Numbered from the stretch's first letter, positions 1-6,870 are shown. The stretch is 32,190 nucleotides of DNA from a bacterium (GCA_030674415.1 JAUSGP010000005.1:1-32190), one strand, 5' to 3'. Notes: generated from the sequence alone by a model not told the origin. Numbers and translations: made by a program.

Positions 1-148
1 CCTCCTTGGACTGGAGTTCCAGCCTCTGGATATCCAGCTCCATCGATCCTTTCTTGCCGAGAGAAATGATCAGGCGCAGCAAATAGCCGAAGCCGATACC
101 GGCAGATGCGGCAAGTAATGCGAAAAGTAGCGCTAATTTTAGAGACAT
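1..148 (-). CDS. rny: Ribonuclease Y, N-terminal fragment (runs off the window start)
   Basis: Manual translation from ATG at 148: MSLKLALLFALLAASAGIGFGYLLRLIISLGKKGSMELDIQRLELQSKE. An N-terminal TM anchor followed by a coiled-coil start resembles RNase Y; only 49 codons are visible. Confidence 0.65.
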   Translation of the reverse strand, partial: MSLKLALLFALLAASAGIGFGYLLRLIISLGKKGSMELDIQRLELQSKE

Positions 149-268
149 GACACTATGGCTAGGTTCTAGCGACTAGGTGCTAGGGAGTTCAACCGTGACC
201 GAGTTCGGGAGGAAACTACAAACGTTTCTAATTAATTTTTGAATTGGAACCCCCTTACAATACCAAGA

Positions 269-844
269 TTAGAGAATCTTGTCTATGATGCCGTATTTTT
301 TGGCTTCTTCAGAACCCATGGAGTAATCCCTATCAACATCTTTTTCGATGCGAGAGAGGGGTTGGCCGGTGTTTTGAGAGAGGATTCTATTGGTGATTTC
401 TCGCGCCTTCAAGATACGCTTAGCCGCAATTTCAATGTCGGTCGCTTGACCTTCGGCTCCGCCCAAAGGCTGATGGATTAAAATTTCCGAGTTGGGCAGC
501 GCAAAACGCTTGCCTTTCTTGCCAGCAGAGAGAATAACGGCACCCATCGAAGCGGCGATACCCACGCACACCGTGGAAACGTCGGGCTTAATGTTATTCA
601 TGGTATCGACGATAGCTAGGCCAGATGTAATAACGCCACCGGGGGAATTAACATAGAGAGTGATGTCTTTCTTTGGATCTTCCGACTGAAGGAATAGGAG
701 TTGGGCGATAATGGTATTAGCGACACCGTCATCGATCGGTCCACCGAGGAAAATGATGCGTTCGCGCAAGAGGCGAGAGTAGATATCATAAGCCCGCTCA
801 CCAAACTGGCTCTTCTCTATAACGGTTGGGATAAGATAACTCAT
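269..844 (-). CDS. clpP: ATP-dependent Clp protease proteolytic subunit
   Basis: [30 protein letters not shown] (catalytic Ser) and IHQPLGG (catalytic His) motifs. Confidence 0.98.
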   Translation of the reverse strand: MSYLIPTVIEKSQFGERAYDIYSRLLRERIIFLGGPIDDGVANTIIAQLLFLQSEDPKKDITLYVNSPGGVITSGLAIVDTMNNIKPDVSTVCVGIAASMGAVILSAGKKGKRFALPNSEILIHQPLGGAEGQATDIEIAAKRILKAREITNRILSQNTGQPLSRIEKDVDRDYSMGSEEAKKYGIIDKIL

Positions 845-883
845 GCGAAGTAGAGTAGCTCAAAGTTCTGATATAATCAAGTT

Positions 884-1624
884 ATGTTTGAAAAATACCT
901 CAAAGACATAGGCTTGAGTGATAAAGAAGCTGCCGTCTATTTAGCACTTTTATCTTTTGATAAAGCTCTCGTAACTGAAATAGCCGACAAGGCGAATATC
1001 AAGCGGCCTACTACTTATGTAATTCTTGAAAGTCTAGCCAAGAAAGGTCTTGTTAGTGAAGCCAATATTGGCAAGAAAACTTTTTACATTGCCGAGCCAC
1101 CTGAAAAGTTGGGGCTATTTGTCGAGAGACAAATTCATTTACTGGAGGAAAACAAAAAGAGTCTGGACATTATTGTTCCTCAACTTAAAGGAATTCAGAG
1201 GGAACAGGGAGAAAAACCAGTTGTTCAATTTTTTGAAGGTAAAGAAGGGGTAATAAGTTCTAGCCATAACATTTTCTCAAAAAAGATCAACGATGAACCT
1301 GTATATATAGTCTACTCAAAAGATACGGTTATGGACATGTTTTCAGAAAAGGAGGCGAAAGAGATGCGCGAACTGCGTATCTCTAGAGGAATCAAGTCAA
1401 AAGCAATTTACATCTCCAAAGAGGGGGAGAAACCTTCCGATGAAACAGGAGACAGAATAAAAATAGATGAAAACAAATATCCTATAAAAAGTGACATTAC
1501 CATCTATGGTGATCAGGTGAGAGTGGCAGTATTTGGGAAAAGGCTATCAGGTATTTTCGTAAAGAATCAAGAATTAGCAGACACTTTAAAAAGTCTCATT
1601 AAATATATTTTTGATCATAAATAA
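884..1624 (+). CDS. TrmB-family transcriptional regulator (wHTH plus C-terminal effector domain)
   Basis: GLSDKEAAVYLALL...IKRPTTYVILESLAKKGLV wHTH, then P-x-V-x-FFEGKEG. TGnTATAAT at 869-877 lies 6 nt before the ATG (leaderless). Confidence 0.88.
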   Translation: MFEKYLKDIGLSDKEAAVYLALLSFDKALVTEIADKANIKRPTTYVILESLAKKGLVSEANIGKKTFYIAEPPEKLGLFVERQIHLLEENKKSLDIIVPQLKGIQREQGEKPVVQFFEGKEGVISSSHNIFSKKINDEPVYIVYSKDTVMDMFSEKEAKEMRELRISRGIKSKAIYISKEGEKPSDETGDRIKIDENKYPIKSDITIYGDQVRVAVFGKRLSGIFVKNQELADTLKSLIKYIFDHK

Positions 1625-1627
1625 GAA

Positions 1628-1663
1628 GTGCCGTGGCAGAGAAGTGAATCTCTACCACGGCAC
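1628..1663. terminator. Strong hairpin between convergent transcripts
   Basis: gtgccgtggcagaga-agtgaa-tctctaccacggcac, directly after the TrmB-like stop codon. Confidence 0.7.
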
Positions 1664-1845
1664 AGGTCGGATCAGGCTGTAAGGGAGGGAGTTATCCTAC
1701 CCGCAACCTCTGAACATAAGCGTCATGCACTTCTTTCGTTCTGGCGATGGCTGATGCCCCCGCCTGGCTTGTGAAGAGAATCTGACTCTTGCTTCGATCC
1801 TACGTCCTACACTGGTTGGCGGCCGGACGCACTCCGCCTCGAGTT

Positions 1846-1857
1846 CTAGTCGTTCAC
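1846..1857 (-). other. SD-led minigene GTG-AAC-GAC-TAG
   Basis: Minus strand reads ggaggataaagaa GTG AAC GAC TAG. Confidence 0.4.
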
Positions 1858-1940
1858 TTCTTTATCCTCCACGATCTGTGACTAGAGATAAACTGGAGGC
1901 CTCACAGGGGCGTTGACAACACCCCTGCTCCCCAGCCGCC

Positions 1941-1952
1941 CTAGTCGTGCAT
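1941..1952 (-). other. SD-led minigene ATG-CAC-GAC-TAG
   Basis: Minus strand reads aaggagggttct ATG CAC GAC TAG, about 40 nt downstream of the predicted start site of the 2000-2028 promoter. Confidence 0.45.
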
Positions 1953-1999
1953 AGAACCCTCCTTTTCGCCGGTAACACACCGGGTACTCGCTAGCAGGT

Positions 2000-2028
2000 A
2001 GTATATACCCACTAGTTTTAAATGTCAA
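2000..2028 (-). promoter_or_regulatory. sigma70-type promoter (leftward)
   Basis: TTGACA-17 nt-TATACT on the minus strand. Confidence 0.8.
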
Positions 2029-2165
2029 GTTAGAATAACAAAATTAGTTAGTTTAAGTGTCAATTTTTATCTAGTTTAGTCAGACTCAATTAAATTCTAT
2101 ATTGTACAAAATGGCTATATTTCTAGCTATTTTAAATATTGTATAAGATGAAATGTCAAAACTGC

Positions 2166-2194
2166 TTGACAAAATTACTCTTTAGGTATATACT
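2166..2194 (+). promoter_or_regulatory. sigma70-type promoter driving the array
   Basis: TTGACA (2166-2171), 17 nt spacer, TATACT (2189-2194), with an AT-rich upstream region. Confidence 0.85.
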
Positions 2195-2200
2195 CTCTTT

Positions 2201-2775
2201 GTACCTTGAAATCAGCACTGGTTAGCGACGGCAACCGTCTAGAAAATTATCACGGACCCGCAGTCAGACTGGCTTCAAAAGTACGGTTTCTATCCTGCGG
2301 AGGAACTACGTTCCTCCGCTCCAGAGGCTCAAAAGCCTGTGGGGCGGGGGTGGGTAAGGTGGCCTTAATACCGCATAGGGAGTCTTCCCCTTCAGCAAGG
2401 GAAGTATGCGGAACCAGACGCGAGCACAGACTCGCGGAGGGTAAACCAAGATGGGACGAGTTTTGTGCCTGAAGCCCCGTGAAGCTGCACGGTGTGCTAC
2501 GTCCCAGCCCGAACCCACTCCCCGCGATGTTCTTTTACAAAAAGTGGCTAACACCACTAGAGGACTGGAGGCAGAAGCCACCAAGATCCTCGCTCGGGCA
2601 GGTTTCAAGCCCGATGGCCAACGCAAGTCGATTCGCCGGGAAAGTGTGAGAGCAATCTCCACTCCCTGCGGCGGCAAGCCTGGTTATCGGAGGCGATAAC
2701 CGCCGGGTGCGTCATCTTCGGCCAAGGCACCGAAGTTGCTCCAAAATCCAGGAGTGTAAAAGCATGGGTAAGAAT
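2201..2775 (+). ncRNA. Long structured leader / candidate ncRNA
   Basis: No convincing ORF. Many stems, e.g. ccgcag/ctgcgg, ggaggaac/gttcctcc, ccgcata/tatgcgg, cgcgag/ctcgcg. Long-range pairing of 2344-2355 with 2513-2525 is followed by GTTCTTT at 2529. Confidence 0.55.
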
Positions 2776-2863
2776 GGGTGAGCGGTAAAATATCGCTCGC
2801 CCTCCCATCAAAGCTTTCAAACTTTTGAAAATTTTGATGGGAAATGATTCCCAAATGTTCTTT
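2776..2863 (+). repeat. Array element R1 (hairpin + long palindrome + overlapping hairpin + GTTCTTT)
   Basis: gggtgagcg..cgctcgccc / tcccatcaaa..tttgatggga / gggaa..ttccc / gttcttt. Confidence 0.9.
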
Positions 2864-2875
2864 GGAGATAAAAAG

Positions 2876-3067
2876 ATGCTGAAAAAGATCGGTTTGTCTG
2901 TCCTGTCGGCGTTTTTCGCTGGCGGAGCAGTTCTCTGGTTCTGGGTTGCCTATACGCAATCCAATCCAGAGATGGCGAGGGCGGCTTTCATGATCGCTCT
3001 CGGCCCCACCACGGCCGCAATCCTCTTTGCCCACAAGGCGAGATGGATCAACAAACCCAATCGTTGA
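2876..3067 (+). CDS. Small two-TM membrane protein (array ORF)
   Basis: SD ggag then ATG 2876 directly after R1; two hydrophobic segments. Confidence 0.75.
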   Translation: MLKKIGLSVLSAFFAGGAVLWFWVAYTQSNPEMARAAFMIALGPTTAAILFAHKARWINKPNR

Positions 3068-3090
3068 TGATTGGGTTCCCACCAAAACAT

Positions 3091-3299
3091 GTCCAAGTCG
3101 GTGCAGCGGCTCGAGGACAACAACACTTCATTTAGGGACCTGCGAAAAGCACTGTAAGTGCTACACGGGCCCAGAAAGCTTGAAGTGTACGGTCTCAAAA
3201 GATCGAGATCACTGGGTTCGAATACGGGTGGCTTAGTGCTCTTCCGAAGGAGGTGGCCACAGCCCGTTATTCCATAGAACCTGGACTGCAACGTTCTTT
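3091..3299 (+). ncRNA. Pseudoknot module copy A
   Basis: Hairpin gtccaagtcg-GTGCAG-cggctcgaggac; complementary CTGCA at 3286, then GTTCTTT at 3293. Confidence 0.65.
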
Positions 3300-3303
3300 A
3301 AAA

Positions 3304-3381
3304 GCCGAACTTCGGTTCGGCTTCCATCAGAGTTCTGAAAACTTTCAGAGTTGTGATGGGGAATGTTCCCCGCTGTTCTTT
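3304..3381 (+). repeat. Array element R2
   Basis: gccgaac-ttcg-gttcggc / ttccatca..tgatgggg / ggggaa..ttcccc / gttcttt. Confidence 0.9.
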
Positions 3382-3393
3382 TCAGGAGATTAT

Positions 3394-3714
3394 ATGCCCA
3401 ATACGTTTGCCGAACTGGTCGTCCGGATCAACAATTCGGACAACGGGACTCTGTTCCAGCAGATCTGCGCAATGTTCGCGCAGGTCAGCACGATGGACGC
3501 TAACAGCGTTATCGTGTGCTGGCAGGCTCTCGACATGGTGAGGAGTCTGGACTCCCGCCACGGCTGCACCATTGCAGTCGACAAGCTCCAGCGCGCCTTG
3601 ATTGCCAGGATGCAAGTCCTGAGCAATCAAGAGTTTCCCCACGCCGTCCTCTACAACAGGATGACGCTGCGGGAAAAATTCAGATCAGTAATCGGTCCCG
3701 GGAGAGGGCTGTGA
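3394..3714 (+). CDS. Hypothetical protein (array ORF)
   Basis: SD aggag then ATG 3394 after R2 (MPNTFAELVV...); 106 aa, no recognised family. Confidence 0.75.
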   Translation: MPNTFAELVVRINNSDNGTLFQQICAMFAQVSTMDANSVIVCWQALDMVRSLDSRHGCTIAVDKLQRALIARMQVLSNQEFPHAVLYNRMTLREKFRSVIGPGRGL

Positions 3715-3723
3715 TCTGGGCGC

Positions 3724-3829
3724 CGTCAGTCTCATTAGGTAACTGACGTTAAAGGGAGTTAAGCTGCCCGTCCGTCGTGTAGGACAAAGTGCTGATGACC
3801 AAGCGTCTGCCGGAGCGTCATCCCGGTGC
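3724..3829 (+). ncRNA. Repeated structured module (TTAA..GTTAAGCTG..GTGCTRATGA) plus CGT-loop hairpin, copy 1
   Basis: Homologous to 6218-6323 with compensatory stem changes (cgtcag/ctgacg vs cgtgag/ctcacg; gtcc/ggac vs gcct/aggc). Confidence 0.6.
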
Positions 3830-3900
3830 TGATTCGCAAGAATCGGCTTTCTATCAGAGAACTGAAAAATCAGTCTTCTGACGGGAAGCTGAAACTTCCC
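3828..3900 (+). repeat. Array element R3 (not directly followed by GTTCTTT)
   Basis: gctgattc-gcaa-gaatcggc / tttctatcaga..tctgacgggaa / gggaag..cttccc. Confidence 0.75.
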
Positions 3901-3910
3901 AAAACCAGAG

Positions 3911-4125
3911 GTCCAAGCCGGTGCAGCGGCTCAAGGACTGAGAGAGTTCAAGTTCACCTTTTAAATCCCAACTCTCTGGACGCTCAGAATCTGCTTTTGG
4001 ACTCGTGGAGCAATGCTCGCGAAATCCTAGCAGGAGCGCAAGGTGAATGGTGAACGTAAGTTCATCACCGAGGGCGGCGTGCCAAGCATGACTTGTCACT
4101 CTGCTCCGGACTGCACACGTTCTTT
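3911..4125 (+). ncRNA. Pseudoknot module copy B
   Basis: gtccaagccg-GTGCAG-cggctcaaggac; CTGCAC at 4111; GTTCTTT at 4119. Confidence 0.65.
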
Positions 4126-4140
4126 CTATAGGAGGTGAGT

Positions 4141-4146
4141 ATGTAG
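4141..4146 (+). other. Start-stop minigene ATG-TAG behind a perfect SD
   Basis: aggaggtgagt ATG TAG, followed by the hairpin gtgccggc..gccggcac. Confidence 0.45.
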
Positions 4147-4194
4147 ACGCATACGTGTGCCGGCAGGTTGAGAGCGAGCCGGCACTGTCATTCA

Positions 4195-4275
4195 GCCGAA
4201 CTTCGGTTCGGCTTCCATCAAAGTTTTTAAACTCTTGAAAATTTTGATGGGACAATTCCGTCCCGAAAGTTCTTT
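4195..4275 (+). repeat. Array element R4
   Basis: gccgaac-ttcg-gttcggc / ttccatcaaa..tttgatggga / gggac..gtccc / gttcttt. Confidence 0.9.
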
Positions 4276-4287
4276 GAGGAGAGTGCT

Positions 4288-4662
4288 ATGCAGAATATCA
4301 TCGTTGGCGTGTCTATCCCGGACAACTACCAGATCGGCTCCAAAACCGAAGGTCGGCGGATGGCGGTGCACAGTTGGGATCTCACGAAGAGTGAGAGACT
4401 GACCACCGCCACCTACGGCAGCCGGCAGCACTCAACAACTTGGTTCGAGGACTGCGAAGTTCTCGACGCCGAGGGGGAGCTACCCGAAGCCCTGCACATT
4501 CTCGTCCGCTGTGGGCGTGAGTGGAATGGGTCGATCGGCGGGTCGTCGTGGTTCGCCAGTGAAGCTTTTGTCTCACGAGAACGTGCTGAAGAGTACGTCG
4601 CCAAGTGGGAGTCGGAGCTCAGCTGGTACTGGATCGTCACAACAAGGAGGTGTATCGAGTGA
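4288..4662 (+). CDS. Hypothetical protein (array ORF)
   Basis: SD gaggag then ATG after R4; 124 aa, Trp-rich C-terminus. Confidence 0.8.
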   Translation: MQNIIVGVSIPDNYQIGSKTEGRRMAVHSWDLTKSERLTTATYGSRQHSTTWFEDCEVLDAEGELPEALHILVRCGREWNGSIGGSSWFASEAFVSRERAEEYVAKWESELSWYWIVTTRRCIE

Positions 4663-4693
4663 GTATAGCGTCTGCCGGAGCGTAATCCCGGTA

Positions 4694-4742
4694 CTGTTCA
4701 GAGATGCGTATCTCTGCTGATGAGCTCAAAAGAGCGAAACAG
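4694..4742 (+). ncRNA. Hammerhead ribozyme, type III
   Basis: CUG-UU / stem I cagagat-gcgt-atctctg / CUGAUGA / stem II gctc-aaaa-gagc / GAAA / CAG. Complete canonical core; predicted cut after 4698 (GUU triplet). Confidence 0.85.
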
Positions 4743-4761
4743 AAATTCTTTGAAATTTGGG

Positions 4762-4802
4762 TCCCCATTAGATAATTCAATTTTTGAATTATCTAATGGG
4801 GA
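4762..4802. repeat. Perfect 19-bp inverted repeat (isolated long-palindrome variant)
   Basis: tccccattagataattcaa-ttt-ttgaattatctaatgggga. Confidence 0.85.
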
Positions 4803-4906
4803 GATGTCACTACGCGAGGACAGGGAACAACAGAGCTAGCGTGCTAACGCCACGTGAATACTGCCCGCTGAAACTCCGTGATGCATGACTCTTCCCAAGT
4901 AACACG

Positions 4907-5084
4907 GTCCAGGCCGGTGCAGCGGCCAGAGGACTAGTGGATTCGCTCGCCTGGATTGGTGGGCGGATGGCGACGAGTTCTCGTCGCAACCAGGTATAAG
5001 ACCGGGGGTTCAAATCGCTTCTGAAGGAGGTGCCCCGACCGGTGATAGAGTACCTGGACTGCACACGTTTTACTTTTGTTCTTT
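4907..5084 (+). ncRNA. Pseudoknot module copy C
   Basis: gtccaggccg-GTGCAG-cggccagaggac; CTGCAC at 5059; GTTCTTT at 5078. Confidence 0.65.
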
Positions 5085-5103
5085 CAAAAAGGAGATTAGA
5101 GAG

Positions 5104-5355
5104 ATGATGATCGGCCTTTCGAACTCGGAAGCCAGGGCTCGTTTGGTTGAGGGTGTGGTGTCCGACGATCGTCGCGACATCATCGGGCCGAACGGCCTGA
5201 AGTACAAGGTCAAGAACTACCTTGTACCCACCCTCATCCCAGGAGAGAAGGTGCGGTTCATTCCGCATCAGCGCTCCTGGAAGAGTCAGACCTATGCCGG
5301 CGAGGTCTGGCTGCAAAACGAGCGCCATCGCCGGCGCAAACCCGATCCTTCGTGA
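5104..5355 (+). CDS. Small hypothetical protein, possibly OB-fold/cold-shock-like (array ORF)
   Basis: SD aaggag after GTTCTTT 5078. The V.G.V...L.PGEKVRF pattern loosely recalls small OB folds. Confidence 0.65.
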   Translation: MMIGLSNSEARARLVEGVVSDDRRDIIGPNGLKYKVKNYLVPTLIPGEKVRFIPHQRSWKSQTYAGEVWLQNERHRRRKPDPS

Positions 5356-5422
5356 TCGGGTTCCCATCAAAGTTTTCAAATCATTGAAGATTTTGATGGG
5401 AAATGATTCCCAAATGTTCTTT
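5340..5422 (+). repeat. Array element R5
   Basis: acccgatc..gatcgggt (overlaps the upstream stop codon) / tcccatcaaa..tttgatggga / gggaa..ttccc / gttcttt. The 3' part is nearly identical to R1. Confidence 0.9.
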
Positions 5423-5440
5423 ACAACAGGAGAAGAGATA

Positions 5441-6205
5441 ATGAGAATTCTGGTAATTGACGACAACCCTCTTCATCATGCAAGTGCTCGGCAGACGCTC
5501 GGTGGCCACGAGGTCACGATCGTCGGCACGTACGACGAGGCGCACAAGCTCCTTGAGGAGCCGAGAGCGCACTGGAAAGCCGTGAATGATGAACTGGAAC
5601 GCCGCGGCTTCAAGAACCCATACGCGCCGAACATGACCGCGGAAGAGCGGGCGGCGGCGCGGGCCGAAGAGAAGCGCATTGAGCAGGAGCTCTGTCCGCC
5701 TCCGCCGTTCGAAGCCGTTCTCTCTGACTTGCTCATGCCAGCAAGCAGGATGACCATGGGTCCGGAAGGAGAGAAGTACATCGGGCAGGAAATGCCGGTG
5801 GGCTTCGCTCTCTCGCTCATGGCGGCTCTTCACGCGAAGTACGTGGCGGTCGTGACGGCAACCAACCATCACAACCATCCGGCCTCCGCCATGCTCGACG
5901 CCTTTGAGTCGAGATGCACCCACGAGCACGATTCGGTAGGCAAGCCCCCTCGTTTTGTCATCAACGGAGCGCGTGTCGGTTTCTACCACGCGCCGATGAC
6001 ATTCGTGGAGGGTACCACCTGTCCGGATTGCGGCGGCAGCGGCGACAAGGAGGTCTGCTACTGCGTCGAGCGCAACGCCGGCGTGGCCAAGCCTGATTGC
6101 GACACCTGCAAAGGTGCCGGCCGTCAGTGTTGGACTTGCCGCAATACCGGCAAGCAGTGGGGCAAGGACTGGGGCAAGGTCCTAACTCATATCACTGCTG
6201 GATAG
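5441..6205 (+). CDS. Receiver-like domain protein with C-terminal CxxCxGxG zinc-finger repeats
   Basis: MRILVIDD start and LSDLLMP phospho-acceptor-like motif; CPDCGGSG, CDTCKGAG, CWTCRNTG. SD aggag then ATG 5441. Confidence 0.8.
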   Translation: MRILVIDDNPLHHASARQTLGGHEVTIVGTYDEAHKLLEEPRAHWKAVNDELERRGFKNPYAPNMTAEERAAARAEEKRIEQELCPPPPFEAVLSDLLMPASRMTMGPEGEKYIGQEMPVGFALSLMAALHAKYVAVVTATNHHNHPASAMLDAFESRCTHEHDSVGKPPRFVINGARVGFYHAPMTFVEGTTCPDCGGSGDKEVCYCVERNAGVAKPDCDTCKGAGRQCWTCRNTGKQWGKDWGKVLTHITAG

Positions 6206-6217
6206 CGGTGATAGCCC

Positions 6218-6323
6218 CGTGAGGCTTATCAGATAACTCACGTTAATGAGCGTTAAGCTGCTCGCCTGTTGTGTAAGGCAAAGTGCTAATGATCTGACGT
6301 CCGCCGGAGCGTCATCCCGGTAC
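6218..6323 (+). ncRNA. Repeated structured module plus CGT-loop hairpin, copy 2
   Basis: Homologous to 3724-3829; followed by GTTCTTT at 6325. Confidence 0.6.
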
Positions 6324-6333
6324 TGTTCTTTCC

Positions 6334-6412
6334 GCCGAACCTCGGTTCGGCTCCTACCAGAGTTCTGAAAAACTTCAGAATTGTGGTGGGACAATCCCGT
6401 CCCCTGTTCTTT
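6334..6412 (+). repeat. Array element R6
   Basis: gccgaac-ctcg-gttcggc / tcctacca..tggtggga / gggac..gtccc / gttcttt. Confidence 0.9.
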
Positions 6413-6421
6413 GAGGAAAAA

Positions 6422-6559
6422 ATGAAGAAGAAAATTCTTCGACTGCCTCGCGCACCACTACCGCGCCAGACTGGTGGATACCACAGTCCGGACAAGGGTC
6501 GCGGTGCCTACAACCGCCAGCATGAAAAACTGGCCACCAAAAAGGAGACGCAGGAATGA
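6422..6559 (+). CDS. 45-aa basic peptide resembling alternative ribosome-rescue factor ArfA
   Basis: Manual translation: MKKKILRLPRAPLPRQTGGYHSPDKGRGAYNRQHEKLATKKETQE. SD gagg; PLxRQ...KGxGxYxR pattern. Below the ORF-track size cut-off. Confidence 0.6.
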   Translation: MKKKILRLPRAPLPRQTGGYHSPDKGRGAYNRQHEKLATKKETQE

Positions 6560-6768
6560 TGATGAAAACGATCCCGCAGCAGGTTCAGCGTCCTCGCGTT
6601 CACCAGCCACTGTTTCTGAAACAGAAGCTCGTCTGCTCGATGTGCAAGGTTAGGGAAGTGATCCCGCCGATTGCCGTCTGCTCGCCCTGCTTACAAATCC
6701 TCAACCAGAGGCGCAAGGAAGCAGAGAAGAGTGGGCGTCCGTGGTGGCGGCGATGGTTCTGGGGCTAA
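6556..6768 (+). CDS. Small zinc-binding protein (CxxC...CxxC) with PWWRRWF tail
   Basis: ATGA overlap with the upstream peptide; SD aaggag; CSMC and CSPC. Confidence 0.7.
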   Translation: MMMKTIPQQVQRPRVHQPLFLKQKLVCSMCKVREVIPPIAVCSPCLQILNQRRKEAEKSGRPWWRRWFWG

Positions 6769-6802
6769 ATCACCCAGCGTCTTCCGGAGCGTCATCCCGG
6801 TA

Positions 6803-6851
6803 CTGTTCAGAGATGCGTATCTCTGCTGACGAAGTCGAAAGACAGAAACAG
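6803..6851 (+). ncRNA. Hammerhead ribozyme, type III (variant stem II)
   Basis: Stem III/I identical to the 4694 copy; CUGACGA; a-gtc-gaaa-gac-a (A.A mismatch at the base of stem II); GAAA-CAG. Confidence 0.7.
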
Positions 6852-6870
6852 ATGTTCTTTAAAAAAAATC

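Noticed and set aside
2206-3085. ORFs 2206-2472, 2306-2677, 2451-2699, 2605-2820 and 2684-3085
   Set aside because: No SD, low-complexity Arg/Ala/Pro translations, and overlap with a strongly paired region or a better ORF.
3785-3802. CTGATGA at ~3792 as a third hammerhead or a fluoride riboswitch
   Set aside because: No stem II/GAAA core follows, the homologous copy reads CTAATGA, and the fluoride riboswitch 5' GATGG motif and pairing are missing.
3211-5020. tRNA-like GGTTCRAAT words at ~3215 and ~5007
   Set aside because: No cloverleaf, acceptor stem or anticodon arm could be built.
3854-6495. Minus-strand ORFs sharing PIKIF/SHQNF-like peptides
   Set aside because: The similarity arises from reading the repeats antisense; there is no independent coding evidence.
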